From Berkelbacteria bacterium GW2011_GWE1_39_12 (GTDB taxonomy: Bacteria > Patescibacteriota > UBA1384 > UBA12157): DNA of 64,000 nucleotides. The stretch lies in NCBI GenBank assembly GCA_001029735.1, contig CP011213.1:140087-204086 (forward strand), in the 5' to 3' direction. Shown here in pieces: positions 28,169 to 37,669 of the stretch. A program made the translations under genes and the position numbers. The notes below the pieces were generated by a model. The model did no database searches, was not told the DNA's origin, and saw only the letters and a list, made by a program, of their open reading frames with translations. Numbering within the stretch: position 1 is the stretch's first letter; the number at the start of each line of letters is the position of its first letter.

Positions 28169-29362
28169 CTATTGTTTCATAGATTTTCTATGAAGGGTTC
28201 GGTAGTACGAAATCGCGAAGCGATGAGCCTCATCTCTTAAGCGTAAAAGATACATTTTATCGAAATTTAAATTTTTCGCTCCAATTAATTCAGTACCTTT
28301 TCGATCTTTTCCTTTGGCAATACCAACGACAGGAATATTTATTTTGCGCTCTAATAAAACTTCTAAGAATGCATTAACTTGAGACCTGCCACCATCAACC
28401 AAAATTAATTCTGGCAAAGGCCACTCTTCGTGATTTAAGCGGCGATTTAAAACTTCTTTCAACATCGCTACGTCGTTGGCACCTCTGACCGATTTTATTT
28501 TAAATTTTCTGTATTGATTCTTATCGATTAAACCTTCGGAAAAAACCACCATCGAACCGACGGCAAATTCTCCGGAGATATTTGAAATATCATAGGCTTC
28601 AATTCTTTTCGGAGCAGGTTTTTCTTCTAAATTTTCAGCAGTAACCAAAGCCACATCTTGTATATGTTTAAGTGCGAATATTTGATCACGTTTTTTGGCT
28701 GCTCTTTCAAATTCCATTTTTTTGGCTGAAATTTTCATTTCTTTTTCTAAATCTGCAATAATTTGTTTTTTCTTGCCTTTTAAAAATAAACGGATTTTAT
28801 TGATCGTTTTTTGATATTCTTTTTGTTCAACTTTACCTACACAAACACCTGGGCAAAGTCCCATATGATATTCAAAACACGCTTTGCCAGAATTTGGTTC
28901 GCAGGAATATCTAAATGGAAAAATTTTACGAATAATTTGCAAGGCTTCACGGACATCAGTTGCCGACGGAAACGGGCCGTAAAATTCACCGTCCGGTAGT
29001 TTTTCAGTTATTCTTGCCGGCATTACGCGCGGCCAATCTTCTTTCGTGACAAAAATACCAAGGTAAGTTTTGTCATCTTTCAATTTGATATTATATTTTG
29101 GTTGATATTTTTTAATTAACTCGTTTTCCAAAAGCAAGGCTTCTATCACCGATTCCGTTTGGCGAGTTTCGATAACGGAAACTTGAGACAGCATTTTTTC
29201 AATTCGAGTTTCTTGCGGTCGTTGAAAATAGCTAATAACACGGCGTTTTAACGACGAGGCCTTACCGATATATAAAATAGTGCGATCTGCGCTTCGCATT
29301 AAATAGACGCCTGGTTCGTCTGGAAACTTTTTAATTTTTTCGATTAATTTAAGTGTATTCAT
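28169..29362 (-). CDS. uvrC: Excinuclease ABC subunit C, short form (397 aa), lacking the C-terminal HhH domain.
   Basis: The GIY-YIG N-terminus (GVYLMRS...LYIGKASSLKRRV), the UvrBC-interaction (UVR) motif and an RNase H-like EAYDISN endonuclease domain are present. The ORF stops before a helix-hairpin-helix domain. Confidence 0.85.
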   Translation of the reverse strand: MNTLKLIEKIKKFPDEPGVYLMRSADRTILYIGKASSLKRRVISYFQRPQETRIEKMLSQVSVIETRQTESVIEALLLENELIKKYQPKYNIKLKDDKTYLGIFVTKEDWPRVMPARITEKLPDGEFYGPFPSATDVREALQIIRKIFPFRYSCEPNSGKACFEYHMGLCPGVCVGKVEQKEYQKTINKIRLFLKGKKKQIIADLEKEMKISAKKMEFERAAKKRDQIFALKHIQDVALVTAENLEEKPAPKRIEAYDISNISGEFAVGSMVVFSEGLIDKNQYRKFKIKSVRGANDVAMLKEVLNRRLNHEEWPLPELILVDGGRSQVNAFLEVLLERKINIPVVGIAKGKDRKGTELIGAKNLNFDKMYLLRLRDEAHRFAISYYRTLHRKSMKQ

Positions 29363-29506
29363 ATTTCGTTAGAAATTCCGCGACAATCTCTGATTGGCCA
29401 TATTTTTCTTTAGAAAAATTCCGCGATAATTTTAATTATCTATTTTTAGGTTTAATTGTATCAGGAAATATCTTATGAATCAAACGTCAATTTAAAAATC
29501 CGCCGA

Positions 29507-30100
29507 CTATGCCGACGGAGTCTTGGCGTCAATTGTTGGATTACGCCCTTTGGCAACCTCAGGTTCTGTAAGACGGACTTTCTCCGCCTCTTGATTTCGC
29601 CTGCGACGCTGAACAATTTTGCCAGCCAAATAGAACAATCCGGTAACAGTTGCCACTCCGGCAACAGTTGCAGCTGCTTTCATCGCAACATCCCAGTTCT
29701 TGCAACTATCCTCGGCCTTAATCAGAATAAGACGTGATATAAATGCCGCACGTAGTTGCTGGCGATAATCACTCAGAGCCATTCCCTGCTCGGCCGCGTC
29801 ATCACTCGACTTCTTGGCGAGTTGCTTGGCAATCCGATCGATCGATTTAGTTGCGTTATTTGCCCAGATACGAAGACGCTTCAGATCGAGTAACGATTTC
29901 TTTTTGGTGAAACTTGGCGTTTTGAAAAGCTCTACAATGTCTTCGAGCCGCTTATGCTGCTCGTCGACAGCAATCCCTTTCTTTATAACCTTGTTTAGCA
30001 GCGTCGTCACAACCGGATCCAAAAGAGCATCTAGATCCTCAGTACTAAGACGGTCTTGCTTTTCCATCCTTATCCTCCGAAACCGAATAACTGCCTCCAA
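29507..30100 (-). CDS. Hypothetical protein, 197 aa, with a C-terminal transmembrane helix.
   Basis: It sits in a GC-richer islet between uvrC and uvrA and is transcribed divergently from 30202..30741. Confidence 0.5.
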   Translation of the reverse strand: MEAVIRFRRIRMEKQDRLSTEDLDALLDPVVTTLLNKVIKKGIAVDEQHKRLEDIVELFKTPSFTKKKSLLDLKRLRIWANNATKSIDRIAKQLAKKSSDDAAEQGMALSDYRQQLRAAFISRLILIKAEDSCKNWDVAMKAAATVAGVATVTGLFYLAGKIVQRRRRNQEAEKVRLTEPEVAKGRNPTIDAKTPSA

Positions 30101-30201
30101 ATCTTAACACTTGAATTTCTCCTTTGCAATAAGGATTGACAAAAAGCGGTTTTTCGCGTAATATATTCATCAGTACATAAACCTGCACTTGGAGATCAAA
30201 A

Positions 30202-30741
30202 TTGAACTGGAAAAGCCTTTTTTCTGAACTACCACTCTTAATGAGTAACCAATTTCCGAATGACGATCAAGCTGTTGAGAACTTTATTCAAGATGTACAT
30301 TATATCGCCACGCATGTTTATATGCCAAAGCTTGGGCCATGTTATTGTGTTTCGTTGGCAGACGGAAATCATAAGCGACGAAGACAAGTAGTGCAGACTA
30401 TTATCGAAGATTTAGGAAAACCAGTAATGGTAAGCAAGATCAATATTGCAAACCATTATTACTGGACTTCGGAATCCAGGGAAATCCCCGATCCAGAATC
30501 ATATCGTCGCTTAGGTTCTGATAGAATCCGCGATATCTGCCAGAAACACGAACTTTCATCAGCAGACGAGAGAATCGTCAAAGACATTGCCGTTTTTTAT
30601 GACGTTTTTACTGGAGATGTTGAAAGTAGAATTGGTTATTCAATCTACGTCGTATCAAAACTAAGGAAAGAAAGAAGGATCGCTATTGAATCTGCGATTA
30701 TAGATATCATGGTCGAATTTGCCAAATCCAGGACAGTTTAA
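30202..30741 (+). CDS. Hypothetical protein, 179 aa.
   Basis: It sits in the GC-richer islet. No motif is recognised. Confidence 0.5.
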   Translation: MNWKSLFSELPLLMSNQFPNDDQAVENFIQDVHYIATHVYMPKLGPCYCVSLADGNHKRRRQVVQTIIEDLGKPVMVSKINIANHYYWTSESREIPDPESYRRLGSDRIRDICQKHELSSADERIVKDIAVFYDVFTGDVESRIGYSIYVVSKLRKERRIAIESAIIDIMVEFAKSRTV

Positions 30742-30772
30742 GTACTGTCCTTTTTAATTAATAAAGTTATTT

Positions 30773-33631
30773 TTATTTGGAGTTTTTAAAAACTTTAGCC
30801 AAAAACTGACCAGTATAAGATTCTTCCACTTTGGCAATATCTTCCGGTGTACCGGTGGCCAAAATTTTTCCACCGCCATCGCCGCCTTCTGGACCGAGAT
30901 CAATAATATGATCAGCTGTTTTTATCACATCTAAGTTATGCTCAATCACCACCACCGAATTTCCGGCATCGACTAAGCGATGTAAGACTTCCAATAATTT
31001 ATTTATATCTTCAAAATGCAAGCCTGTGGTCGGCTCATCCAAAATATATAATGTATTGCCAGTCGCACGGCGAGCAAGTTCGGTCGCTAATTTTACACGC
31101 TGGGCTTCCCCGCCGGAAAGAGTTGTCGCCGATTGGCCAAGTTTGATGTAACCCAAACCGACATCAACTAAGGTTTGTAAAACATCAGAAATCTTTGGCA
31201 AGTCTCTGAAAAAATCCAGGGCTTCTGTCACTGTCATTGCTAAAACATCGGCAATGTTTTTTTCTTTATATAAAACTTGCAACGTTTCTCGGTTGAAACG
31301 TTTACCATTGCATACTTCGCATGGCACAAAAATGTCTGGCATAAAATGCATTTCAATCTTTATCACACCATCGCCTTGGCAATTATCACAACGACCGCCA
31401 GCAACATTAAATGAAAATCTTCCAGGTTGGTAACCACGAATTTTGGCTTCTTTGGTTTTAGAAAACAAGGTGCGAATTTCGGAAAAAACATTGGTATATG
31501 TTGCCGGATTTGAGCGGGGAGTGCGACCAATCGGTGACTGATCGATCGTAATTACTTTATTAAGATTTTCAAAACCTTCGATTTTGCTATGTTTGCCCGG
31601 TCGGTCCATGCTTTTCATTAATTTTCTGGACAGTGCTTTATTTAAAATATCGTTAACCAAAGTTGATTTGCCAGAGCCAGAAACTCCGGTAACGGCTGTA
31701 AAAACTTGCAAAGGAAAATGAACGGTAATATTTTTTAAATTGTGCTCATTCGCTCCGTAAACAGAAATAAATTTGTCGTGAGTTTTGCGTCGTTTCAGAG
31801 GAATTTCAATTTTCTTTTTACCCGATAAATATTGGCCAGTGAGTGATCGAGGCTCGGCCATAATGTCTTCGATCGTGCCCTGCGCTACCACTTCCCCACC
31901 ATGCGAGCCGGCACCAGGACCAATGTCTACAATTTGATCAGCGACACGCATAGTTTCTTCATCGTGTTCAATAACGATCACACTATTTCCCAGATCGCGT
32001 AAATGTTCCAGTGTAGCTAATAACCTTGAATCATCACGAGCATGAAGTCCGATTGAAGGTTCGTCTAAAATATATAAAACGCCGACAAGGCCAGAACCAA
32101 TTTGACTGGCTAATCGAATACGTTGAGCCTCTCCCCCCGCTAAAGTGTAAGCAGCTCGATCTAAAGTTAAATAGTCCAAACCAACATCGACTAAAAATTT
32201 CAAACGATTTTTGATTTCGTTTAAGATTTTTTCAGCAATTAGAAATTCACGCGGCGAAAGTTTTAATTCTTCAAAAAATTTGAAGGAATCTTTTACAGAC
32301 ATTTTCACCACTTCATCGATATTTTTTCCACCAACTGTGATAAGTAAAACTTCTTTTTTCAGCCGCGCTCCGCTGCACAAATTACACGGCGTTTGCGACA
32401 TGTATCGTTCGATATCACTACGCATGCCTTCCGATTCAGTGTCATGATAGCGACGCTCTAACCAAGGAATTATGCCCTGAAATTTAAGATGATAAACATG
32501 AGCCCGACCATGCGTAAAATGACGCACTTGCAAGTATTCAATTTTGCCGGTACCGTATAAAATTTCGTTTAACAAGTTTTCCGGAAGCTGACCGACTGGT
32601 GTGTGCTCTGAAAATCCGTAGCGTTCTGCGACTGATCTCAAAACCATGCCAAAGTAATTATTCCCTTTGTAATTTAGCGGCATGATCGCGCCCTGAGCGA
32701 TCGATAAAGTTTTGTCAGGAATCACTAAATTAACGTCAACTTTTCGCTCTACACCCAAGCCATCACACTGCGGGCACGCACCAAAAGGACTGTTGAAAGA
32801 AAAAATCCTCGGTTCAATTTCCGGCAAACTAGCATCATGAACTGGACATGATAAACTTTGATTCATTAATATTTCCCGGCCTGCATCAACTATGCTTGAA
32901 GCATTGCGGGCAGGTTTTTCGTTTGAAACGATTAACACTAAACCCTGCGATAACTTCAAGGCTTGTTCAATGTCATCGGAAATTCTGGAAATGTTATCAG
33001 ATTTGATTTCAATTTTATCAATTAAAACATCAATATCATGTTGTTTATAACGGCCTAAATCTACCTTATCTGAAAGATTGTAAAATTTACCGTTAATTCG
33101 AGCGCTCGTGTAACCTTCTTTAAAAAGATCATTTAACAGTTGGTGATATTCGCCTTTTCGTCCACGAATCACAGGAGATAAAATTTCTATTTTTTGGTTT
33201 TCACCTAAGTCAAGAACTCGCTCTACCATTTGTTCGACTGATAATTTCGTAATTACTTCACCGCCAACTGGACAATGGGGAATACCGATACGGGCGTAAA
33301 GCACTCTTAAATAATCGTAAACCTCAGTTACTGTACCAACAGTAGATCGTGGATTATGTGATGCGCCTTTTTGATCAATTGAAATAGCCGGCGAAAGCCC
33401 TTCGATACTTTCCACATTTGGCTTTTCCATTTGACCTAAAAATTGACGGGCATACGAAGAAAGCGATTCTAAGTATCGGCGTTGGCCTTCAGCATAAATA
33501 GTATCGAACGCCAAAGTAGACTTGCCGCTGCCGGAAAGTCCCGTAAAAACAACTAATTTGTCACGCGGAATCTCAAGATTAATATTCTTTAGATTATGTT
33601 CTTTAGCTCCGCGAATCGTGATCTTGTCCAT
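30773..33631 (-). CDS. uvrA: Excinuclease ABC subunit A.
   Basis: The 952 aa protein has two ABC ATPase modules (GLSGSGKST and GVSGSGKST Walker A), ABC signature motifs and the Zn-finger Cys clusters. Confidence 0.97.
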   Translation of the reverse strand: MDKITIRGAKEHNLKNINLEIPRDKLVVFTGLSGSGKSTLAFDTIYAEGQRRYLESLSSYARQFLGQMEKPNVESIEGLSPAISIDQKGASHNPRSTVGTVTEVYDYLRVLYARIGIPHCPVGGEVITKLSVEQMVERVLDLGENQKIEILSPVIRGRKGEYHQLLNDLFKEGYTSARINGKFYNLSDKVDLGRYKQHDIDVLIDKIEIKSDNISRISDDIEQALKLSQGLVLIVSNEKPARNASSIVDAGREILMNQSLSCPVHDASLPEIEPRIFSFNSPFGACPQCDGLGVERKVDVNLVIPDKTLSIAQGAIMPLNYKGNNYFGMVLRSVAERYGFSEHTPVGQLPENLLNEILYGTGKIEYLQVRHFTHGRAHVYHLKFQGIIPWLERRYHDTESEGMRSDIERYMSQTPCNLCSGARLKKEVLLITVGGKNIDEVVKMSVKDSFKFFEELKLSPREFLIAEKILNEIKNRLKFLVDVGLDYLTLDRAAYTLAGGEAQRIRLASQIGSGLVGVLYILDEPSIGLHARDDSRLLATLEHLRDLGNSVIVIEHDEETMRVADQIVDIGPGAGSHGGEVVAQGTIEDIMAEPRSLTGQYLSGKKKIEIPLKRRKTHDKFISVYGANEHNLKNITVHFPLQVFTAVTGVSGSGKSTLVNDILNKALSRKLMKSMDRPGKHSKIEGFENLNKVITIDQSPIGRTPRSNPATYTNVFSEIRTLFSKTKEAKIRGYQPGRFSFNVAGGRCDNCQGDGVIKIEMHFMPDIFVPCEVCNGKRFNRETLQVLYKEKNIADVLAMTVTEALDFFRDLPKISDVLQTLVDVGLGYIKLGQSATTLSGGEAQRVKLATELARRATGNTLYILDEPTTGLHFEDINKLLEVLHRLVDAGNSVVVIEHNLDVIKTADHIIDLGPEGGDGGGKILATGTPEDIAKVEESYTGQFLAKVFKNSK

Positions 33632-33678
33632 ATCCGCTACATTGTATCAGAAAAATCTTCAAGAGTCCATCTGAACCA

Positions 33679-33707
33679 TTGACAATTGAGAGAAACAGTG
33701 ATATCAT
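33679..33707 (+). promoter_or_regulatory. Sigma70 promoter: TTGACA-17 nt-TATCAT.
   Basis: The -35 box TTGACA is at 33679..33684 and the -10 box TATCAT at 33702..33707, upstream of ORF 33735. Confidence 0.4.
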
Positions 33708-33734
33708 ATAAACGTTTCTTGACTCGATTATCGT

Positions 33735-34070
33735 ATGGAGGAAAAACTCATGGAAAATGAAAAGAGCGCCATGGATCCAAACACCATTAGACTCTTAAAG
33801 CACTTCGGAAGACCGATCGAAGGGAAATCACGCTTGGTGAAGTTCGGCGATCACGGTATGAGCGACATGATCTATGATCAGCCTCAACCTGTCTCATCTG
33901 TTCAAGATGAGGTCATGTGTATCGTCTATTTCGACAAGCACAACCGAGAAATGGAAATCCAACGCGAAGGAAAACGCGAAACAATCCCTCCGAAAATCAG
34001 GAGCTTTCTCCTTAAGGGCGGCATTTGCAACTTTACAGTGCCGCTAGACGCAGCAGTCATCATTTGGTAA
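33735..34070 (+). CDS. Hypothetical protein, 111 aa.
   Basis: It sits in a GC-richer islet with its own promoter and terminator. Confidence 0.5.
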   Translation: MEEKLMENEKSAMDPNTIRLLKHFGRPIEGKSRLVKFGDHGMSDMIYDQPQPVSSVQDEVMCIVYFDKHNREMEIQREGKRETIPPKIRSFLLKGGICNFTVPLDAAVIIW

Positions 34071-34077
34071 AAACTAA

Positions 34078-34101
34078 CAACCGCCGCTCGGGCGGTTTTT
34101 T
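34078..34101 (+). terminator. Intrinsic terminator.
   Basis: The hairpin CCGCCGCTCGGGCGG is followed by TTTTTT. Confidence 0.6.
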
Positions 34102-34113
34102 AGTACTAAAGTA

Positions 34114-34142
34114 TTGACTTTTAACCATATTTATGGTAATAT
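34114..34142 (+). promoter_or_regulatory. Sigma70 promoter: TTGACT-17 nt-TAATAT.
   Basis: The -35 box TTGACT is at 34114..34119 and the -10 box TAATAT at 34137..34142. AGGGGAGGAG lies upstream of the ATG at 34191. Confidence 0.45.
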
Positions 34143-34190
34143 ACAAAGTCTTAGATAGCTAAATCTAGGAATTCAGGGGAGGAGAATCAC

Positions 34191-34487
34191 ATGAAACGGT
34201 TGCATATTCTATTAGCGATTGCATTGTTGATTTCTGTCGTTTGGGTCGTTGGTTGCGGAGGCGGAGATCCAAGGACAGGATCGAAGTCTTCTAACAATTC
34301 CGGCAGTGTCATCGACTACGAAAACGGAGTTTACTATTTTGATTCGATCGAAGCCAATTTCGCGAATTCCCTTTCAGGCTTCATCAAGGATCACCCCGAT
34401 CTTGAGCTTGTCTCAATGGCCGGTGATGACATGGGGATTCATGGTGCTTCCAAAGGGTATTTCGTCGTCTTCCGTAAGAAGCAATGA
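34191..34487 (+). CDS. Small lipoprotein or secreted protein, 98 aa.
   Basis: A signal peptide with an L-ISVVWVVGC lipobox-like cysteine is present. Two terminators follow (34506..34526 and 34543..34570). Confidence 0.55.
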   Translation: MKRLHILLAIALLISVVWVVGCGGGDPRTGSKSSNNSGSVIDYENGVYYFDSIEANFANSLSGFIKDHPDLELVSMAGDDMGIHGASKGYFVVFRKKQ

Positions 34488-34505
34488 TTATATTAGTTCC
34501 TTACA

Positions 34506-34526
34506 GCCGCCTTCGGGCGGTTTTTT
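34506..34526 (+). terminator. Intrinsic terminator.
   Basis: The hairpin GCCGCCTTCGGGCGG is followed by TTTTTT. Confidence 0.6.
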
Positions 34527-34542
34527 AGTAATCAATAAGACC

Positions 34543-34570
34543 AAAACCACCCCGCTTTGGGGTGGTTTTG
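34543..34570. terminator. Bidirectional intrinsic terminator.
   Basis: AAAACCACCCCGCTTTGGGGTGGTTTTG has A- and T-tracts on both sides. It also terminates the minus-strand KGG gene ending at 34575. Confidence 0.55.
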
Positions 34571-34574
34571 TATA

Positions 34575-34781
34575 TTATATTTCCTCTTCGTTTTGTCCTT
34601 CGGACTGTTCGCCTTTCTTAACTAACTCTCGCACTTTTTGTCCGCCTTTATGGCCGATTTCTTGGTAGAAGTCATGGCCATGAGTTCTGGCAGTTGCCTC
34701 TCCGCCCTTTTGGCCGCCCATTTTACCAGCCTCGCGGACTGTCATTTCGCCGCGTCCTTTTGTATTTGGCATTTTACTCAC
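34575..34781 (-). CDS. KGG-repeat general stress protein (YciG-like), paralog 1.
   Basis: The pattern MTVxEAG(K/R)KGGQ...FYQEIGHKGGQKVRELVKKGE carries repeated (H)KGGQ motifs typical of the KGG stress-protein family. Confidence 0.7.
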   Translation of the reverse strand: MSKMPNTKGRGEMTVREAGKMGGQKGGEATARTHGHDFYQEIGHKGGQKVRELVKKGEQSEGQNEEEI

Positions 34782-34796
34782 CCCCTTTATAAAATA

Positions 34797-34988
34797 TTAT
34801 TCTTCCTCTTCTTCAGAGCTTCCGTCTCCTGTTGTGCCTTCTTTGGTCCCCTCTTCGCCATCTCCTTCTTCTTGGGCCTCTTCTTCCTCTCCCTTTTTAA
34901 CCAATTCCTTAACTTTTTGCCCGCCTTTGTGGCCGGCCTCTTCGACCGTCATTTCTCCACGTTCCTCATCAGTATTTTGATTACTCAT
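34797..34988 (-). CDS. KGG-repeat stress protein, paralog 2, with an acidic Glu-rich tail.
   Basis: MTVEEAGHKGGQKVKELVKKGEEEE is followed by an E/G-rich tail. Confidence 0.65.
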   Translation of the reverse strand: MSNQNTDEERGEMTVEEAGHKGGQKVKELVKKGEEEEAQEEGDGEEGTKEGTTGDGSSEEEEE

Positions 34989-34998
34989 TATGCCTCCG

Positions 34999-35196
34999 TT
35001 ATTCTTCCATACTTTCTTTGCCTTTTCGAACTAGTTCTCGTGCTTTCTGACCACCCTTTTTACCGCCAATTTCCCCGCCTTTATGACCGATTTCTTGGTA
35101 AAATTCATGACTGTGAGTCTTGGCGGTAGTCTGACCACCCTTATGCCCGGCTTCCTGAACAGTCATGTCACCTTTATTTGTTTGATTTTTATTCAC
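34999..35196 (-). CDS. KGG-repeat stress protein, paralog 3.
   Basis: MTVQEAGHKGGQTTAKTHSHEFYQEIGHKGGEIGGKKGGQKARELVRKGKE. Confidence 0.7.
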   Translation of the reverse strand: MNKNQTNKGDMTVQEAGHKGGQTTAKTHSHEFYQEIGHKGGEIGGKKGGQKARELVRKGKESMEE

Positions 35197-35225
35197 AATT
35201 AATCACCTCACTAAAAATGGGTATG

Positions 35226-35258
35226 GAATGAGGGGAGGGATTAGCCATCCCCTCATTC
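35226..35258 (-). terminator. Intrinsic terminator between KGG paralogs 4 and 3.
   Basis: The 11 bp stem GAATGAGGGGA/TCCCCTCATTC has a T-run downstream on the minus strand. Confidence 0.45.
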
Positions 35259-35269
35259 TAACTTCGAGT

Positions 35270-35473
35270 TTACATTCCGCGACGATTTGAACGGGACGTA
35301 CCTTCTCCACCTGCCTCTTCACCTTTTCGAATTAGTTCTCTTACTTTTTGCCCACCTTTATGTCCGATTTCTTGGTAGAATTCTCGTCCGTGAGTTCGAG
35401 AAGTTGTTTCCCCGCCTTTACGACCTGCTTCCTGCACAGTCATGTTACCTTGATTTTGTTGCGATCGATTCAT
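35270..35473 (-). CDS. KGG-repeat stress protein, paralog 4.
   Basis: MTVQEAGRKGGETTSRTHGREFYQEIGHKGGQKVRELIRKGEE. Confidence 0.7.
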   Translation of the reverse strand: MNRSQQNQGNMTVQEAGRKGGETTSRTHGREFYQEIGHKGGQKVRELIRKGEEAGGEGTSRSNRRGM

Positions 35474-35605
35474 TTTTTATCACCTTCTTTCTATATCCAT
35501 TTTTTCACGTACAAAAAAAAATTCTTCGTTTTATTATCTTAAAAAAGAAGGCTAATTGGACATTTTTTGTCTCAAAAATAGAAGAGAACATTTTTTAAAT
35601 TTTTG

Positions 35606-37564
35606 CTATTTTATTTTCAGCTTACGAAGTTGTACGACTTCATCCCTTATCACAGCCGCTTTCTCGAACTCTAAATTTTTCGCCGCTATTTTCATCTCGT
35701 CAGTTTTTTGTCGAATTACAGCTGGTAAATCTTCAATACTTTCTAAATCAATAAATTCTCGTGTAACTTGAGGATTGAGTTCATGATCGACAATGCTTTC
35801 AATCGCTTTTTCGATAGTTTTAGGAGTGATTTTATTTTCAATATTATATTTAATCTGGCGAGCTCGGCGTCGATCAGTTTCGTCTAAAGCTCGCTTCATT
35901 GAACCGGTGATTCTATCGGCGTACAAAATAACTTTACCTTTAACGTTTCTCGCAGCTCGACCAATTGTTTGAATTAAGGAAACGTCACTTCGTAGAAAAC
36001 CTTCTTTGTCAGCATCCAAAATGGCCACTAATGTGACTTCCGGCAAATCTAAACCTTCGCGCAGTAAGTTTACCCCGACTAAACAATCAATCGTACCCCG
36101 ACGAAGATTTTCTAAAATACCGACTCGATCCAAAGTATCAACTTCACTGTGAAGATATTCGGCTTTGACTCCCGCCTCTTTTAAGTATTCACTAAGTTCT
36201 TCAGCCATTTTTTTAGTTAAGGTTGTTACCAATACGCGTTCTTTTTTCTTTGCCCGATCAACAATTTCTGGAATTAAATTTTGAATCTGATTTTCTGTTG
36301 GACGGATTTCTGTTTCCGGATCAACCAAGCCAGTTGGACGAATAATTTGCTCGACCACTTGCTCGGATTTTTCTTTTTCGTACTTTCCCGGAGTCGCTGA
36401 GGTAAAAATCAATTGATTGATATGACTTTCGAATTCTGGAAATTTTAAAGGACGATTATCATAAGCTGAAGGTAGTCTAAAACCATAATCAATTAATGAA
36501 GTCTTGCGAGATTTATCACCTTCAAACATAGCGCCAATTTGTGGCACTGTTACATGCGATTCATCGATTACCATCAAAAAGTCTTTCGGAAAGAAGTCTA
36601 ATAAAGTATAAGGCGGTGTACCCGGCTCACGATTAGTTAAGTATCTTGAATAGTTTTCAATTCCGGAACAATAACCAATCTCCCTCATCATTTCCAAATC
36701 GTACTTAGTTCTTCTTCTGAGACGCTCAGCCTCCAATAACTTTCCATTTTTTTCTAACACATCTAATCGCTCTTCTAATTCTTTTTCAATTTGAGTAATA
36801 GCCTTTTGAGTTGTCTCATCATCAACCACAAAATGTTTGGCTGGATAAATAGTGATAGACTTTTCCGTACCTAAATTTTTCATTGAAACAGCTTCGAAGC
36901 GGGTGATTTTAGCAATCAAATCGCCGTCAAATTCAACCCTGATGATAACTTCTTGATCGGCCGGCATGATTTCTAGTGTCTGACCGTGAACTCTGAATTT
37001 TCCGCGCTCCAAAACCTCTGACCGCGTAAAATACATCTCCACCAACCTCTGTAAAATATAATCGCGCGACTCTTCAAATCCTTCGCCAAGTGTCAGTAAA
37101 GTTTTTTTATAAACATCTGGATTGCCTAAACCGTATATACATGAAACCGAAGCCACAATAATAACATCTTTGCGATAAATTAATGCCTGAGTTGCTGCAT
37201 GACGCAAGCGCTCAATTTCCATGTTAATTTCTAAATCTTTTTCGATATAAACATCGGTGTTTGGTAGATATGCTTCCGGTTGATAATAATCATAGTAAGA
37301 AACGAAATATTCAACAGCTGCATCTGGAAAAAAGGTTCGAAATTCAGAGCAAAGCTGTGCGGCCAATGTTTTATTGTGCGCAATAATCAAAGTTGGTTTC
37401 TGCACTTTTTCAATTACATTAGCAATGGTAAAAGTCTTACCGGATCCAGTTACACCTAAAAGAGTCTGGTATCTGTCGCCCTTTTGTAGGCCTTCTACCA
37501 GCTTTTCGATTGCCTTGGGCTGATCACCCTTGGGAGTAAATTTTGCATTTAATTTAAATTGCAT
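35606..37564 (-). CDS. uvrB: Excinuclease ABC subunit B.
   Basis: The 652 aa protein has a helicase-like Walker A (GVTGSGKT), DEAH-like motifs, the beta-hairpin region and a C-terminal UVR motif. Confidence 0.97.
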   Translation of the reverse strand: MQFKLNAKFTPKGDQPKAIEKLVEGLQKGDRYQTLLGVTGSGKTFTIANVIEKVQKPTLIIAHNKTLAAQLCSEFRTFFPDAAVEYFVSYYDYYQPEAYLPNTDVYIEKDLEINMEIERLRHAATQALIYRKDVIIVASVSCIYGLGNPDVYKKTLLTLGEGFEESRDYILQRLVEMYFTRSEVLERGKFRVHGQTLEIMPADQEVIIRVEFDGDLIAKITRFEAVSMKNLGTEKSITIYPAKHFVVDDETTQKAITQIEKELEERLDVLEKNGKLLEAERLRRRTKYDLEMMREIGYCSGIENYSRYLTNREPGTPPYTLLDFFPKDFLMVIDESHVTVPQIGAMFEGDKSRKTSLIDYGFRLPSAYDNRPLKFPEFESHINQLIFTSATPGKYEKEKSEQVVEQIIRPTGLVDPETEIRPTENQIQNLIPEIVDRAKKKERVLVTTLTKKMAEELSEYLKEAGVKAEYLHSEVDTLDRVGILENLRRGTIDCLVGVNLLREGLDLPEVTLVAILDADKEGFLRSDVSLIQTIGRAARNVKGKVILYADRITGSMKRALDETDRRRARQIKYNIENKITPKTIEKAIESIVDHELNPQVTREFIDLESIEDLPAVIRQKTDEMKIAAKNLEFEKAAVIRDEVVQLRKLKIK

Positions 37565-37616
37565 TGCGAGGATATACTAACACAAAAATGCGATTAAATC
37601 CATTGTTAAGCGTTTC

Positions 37617-37645
37617 TACAACAAAATCCCCCGAATGGGGGATTT
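37617..37645 (-). terminator. Intrinsic terminator for the acidic small protein gene.
   Basis: The hairpin AAATCCCCC-GAAT-GGGGGATTT has a T-run on the minus strand. Confidence 0.55.
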
Positions 37646-37669
37646 TGTTTATTTAAGTCAAATTAACAC

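Noticed and set aside
34249-35598. Long + strand ORFs 34249..34668, 34638..35129, 35287..35598 and 35348..35542 overlapping the KGG gene array.
   Set aside because: They lie antisense to four well-formed KGG paralogs that each have a start context and a terminator. Their translations are low-complexity Phe/Leu/Ser-rich, and they are inconsistent with the terminators at 34506..34570.
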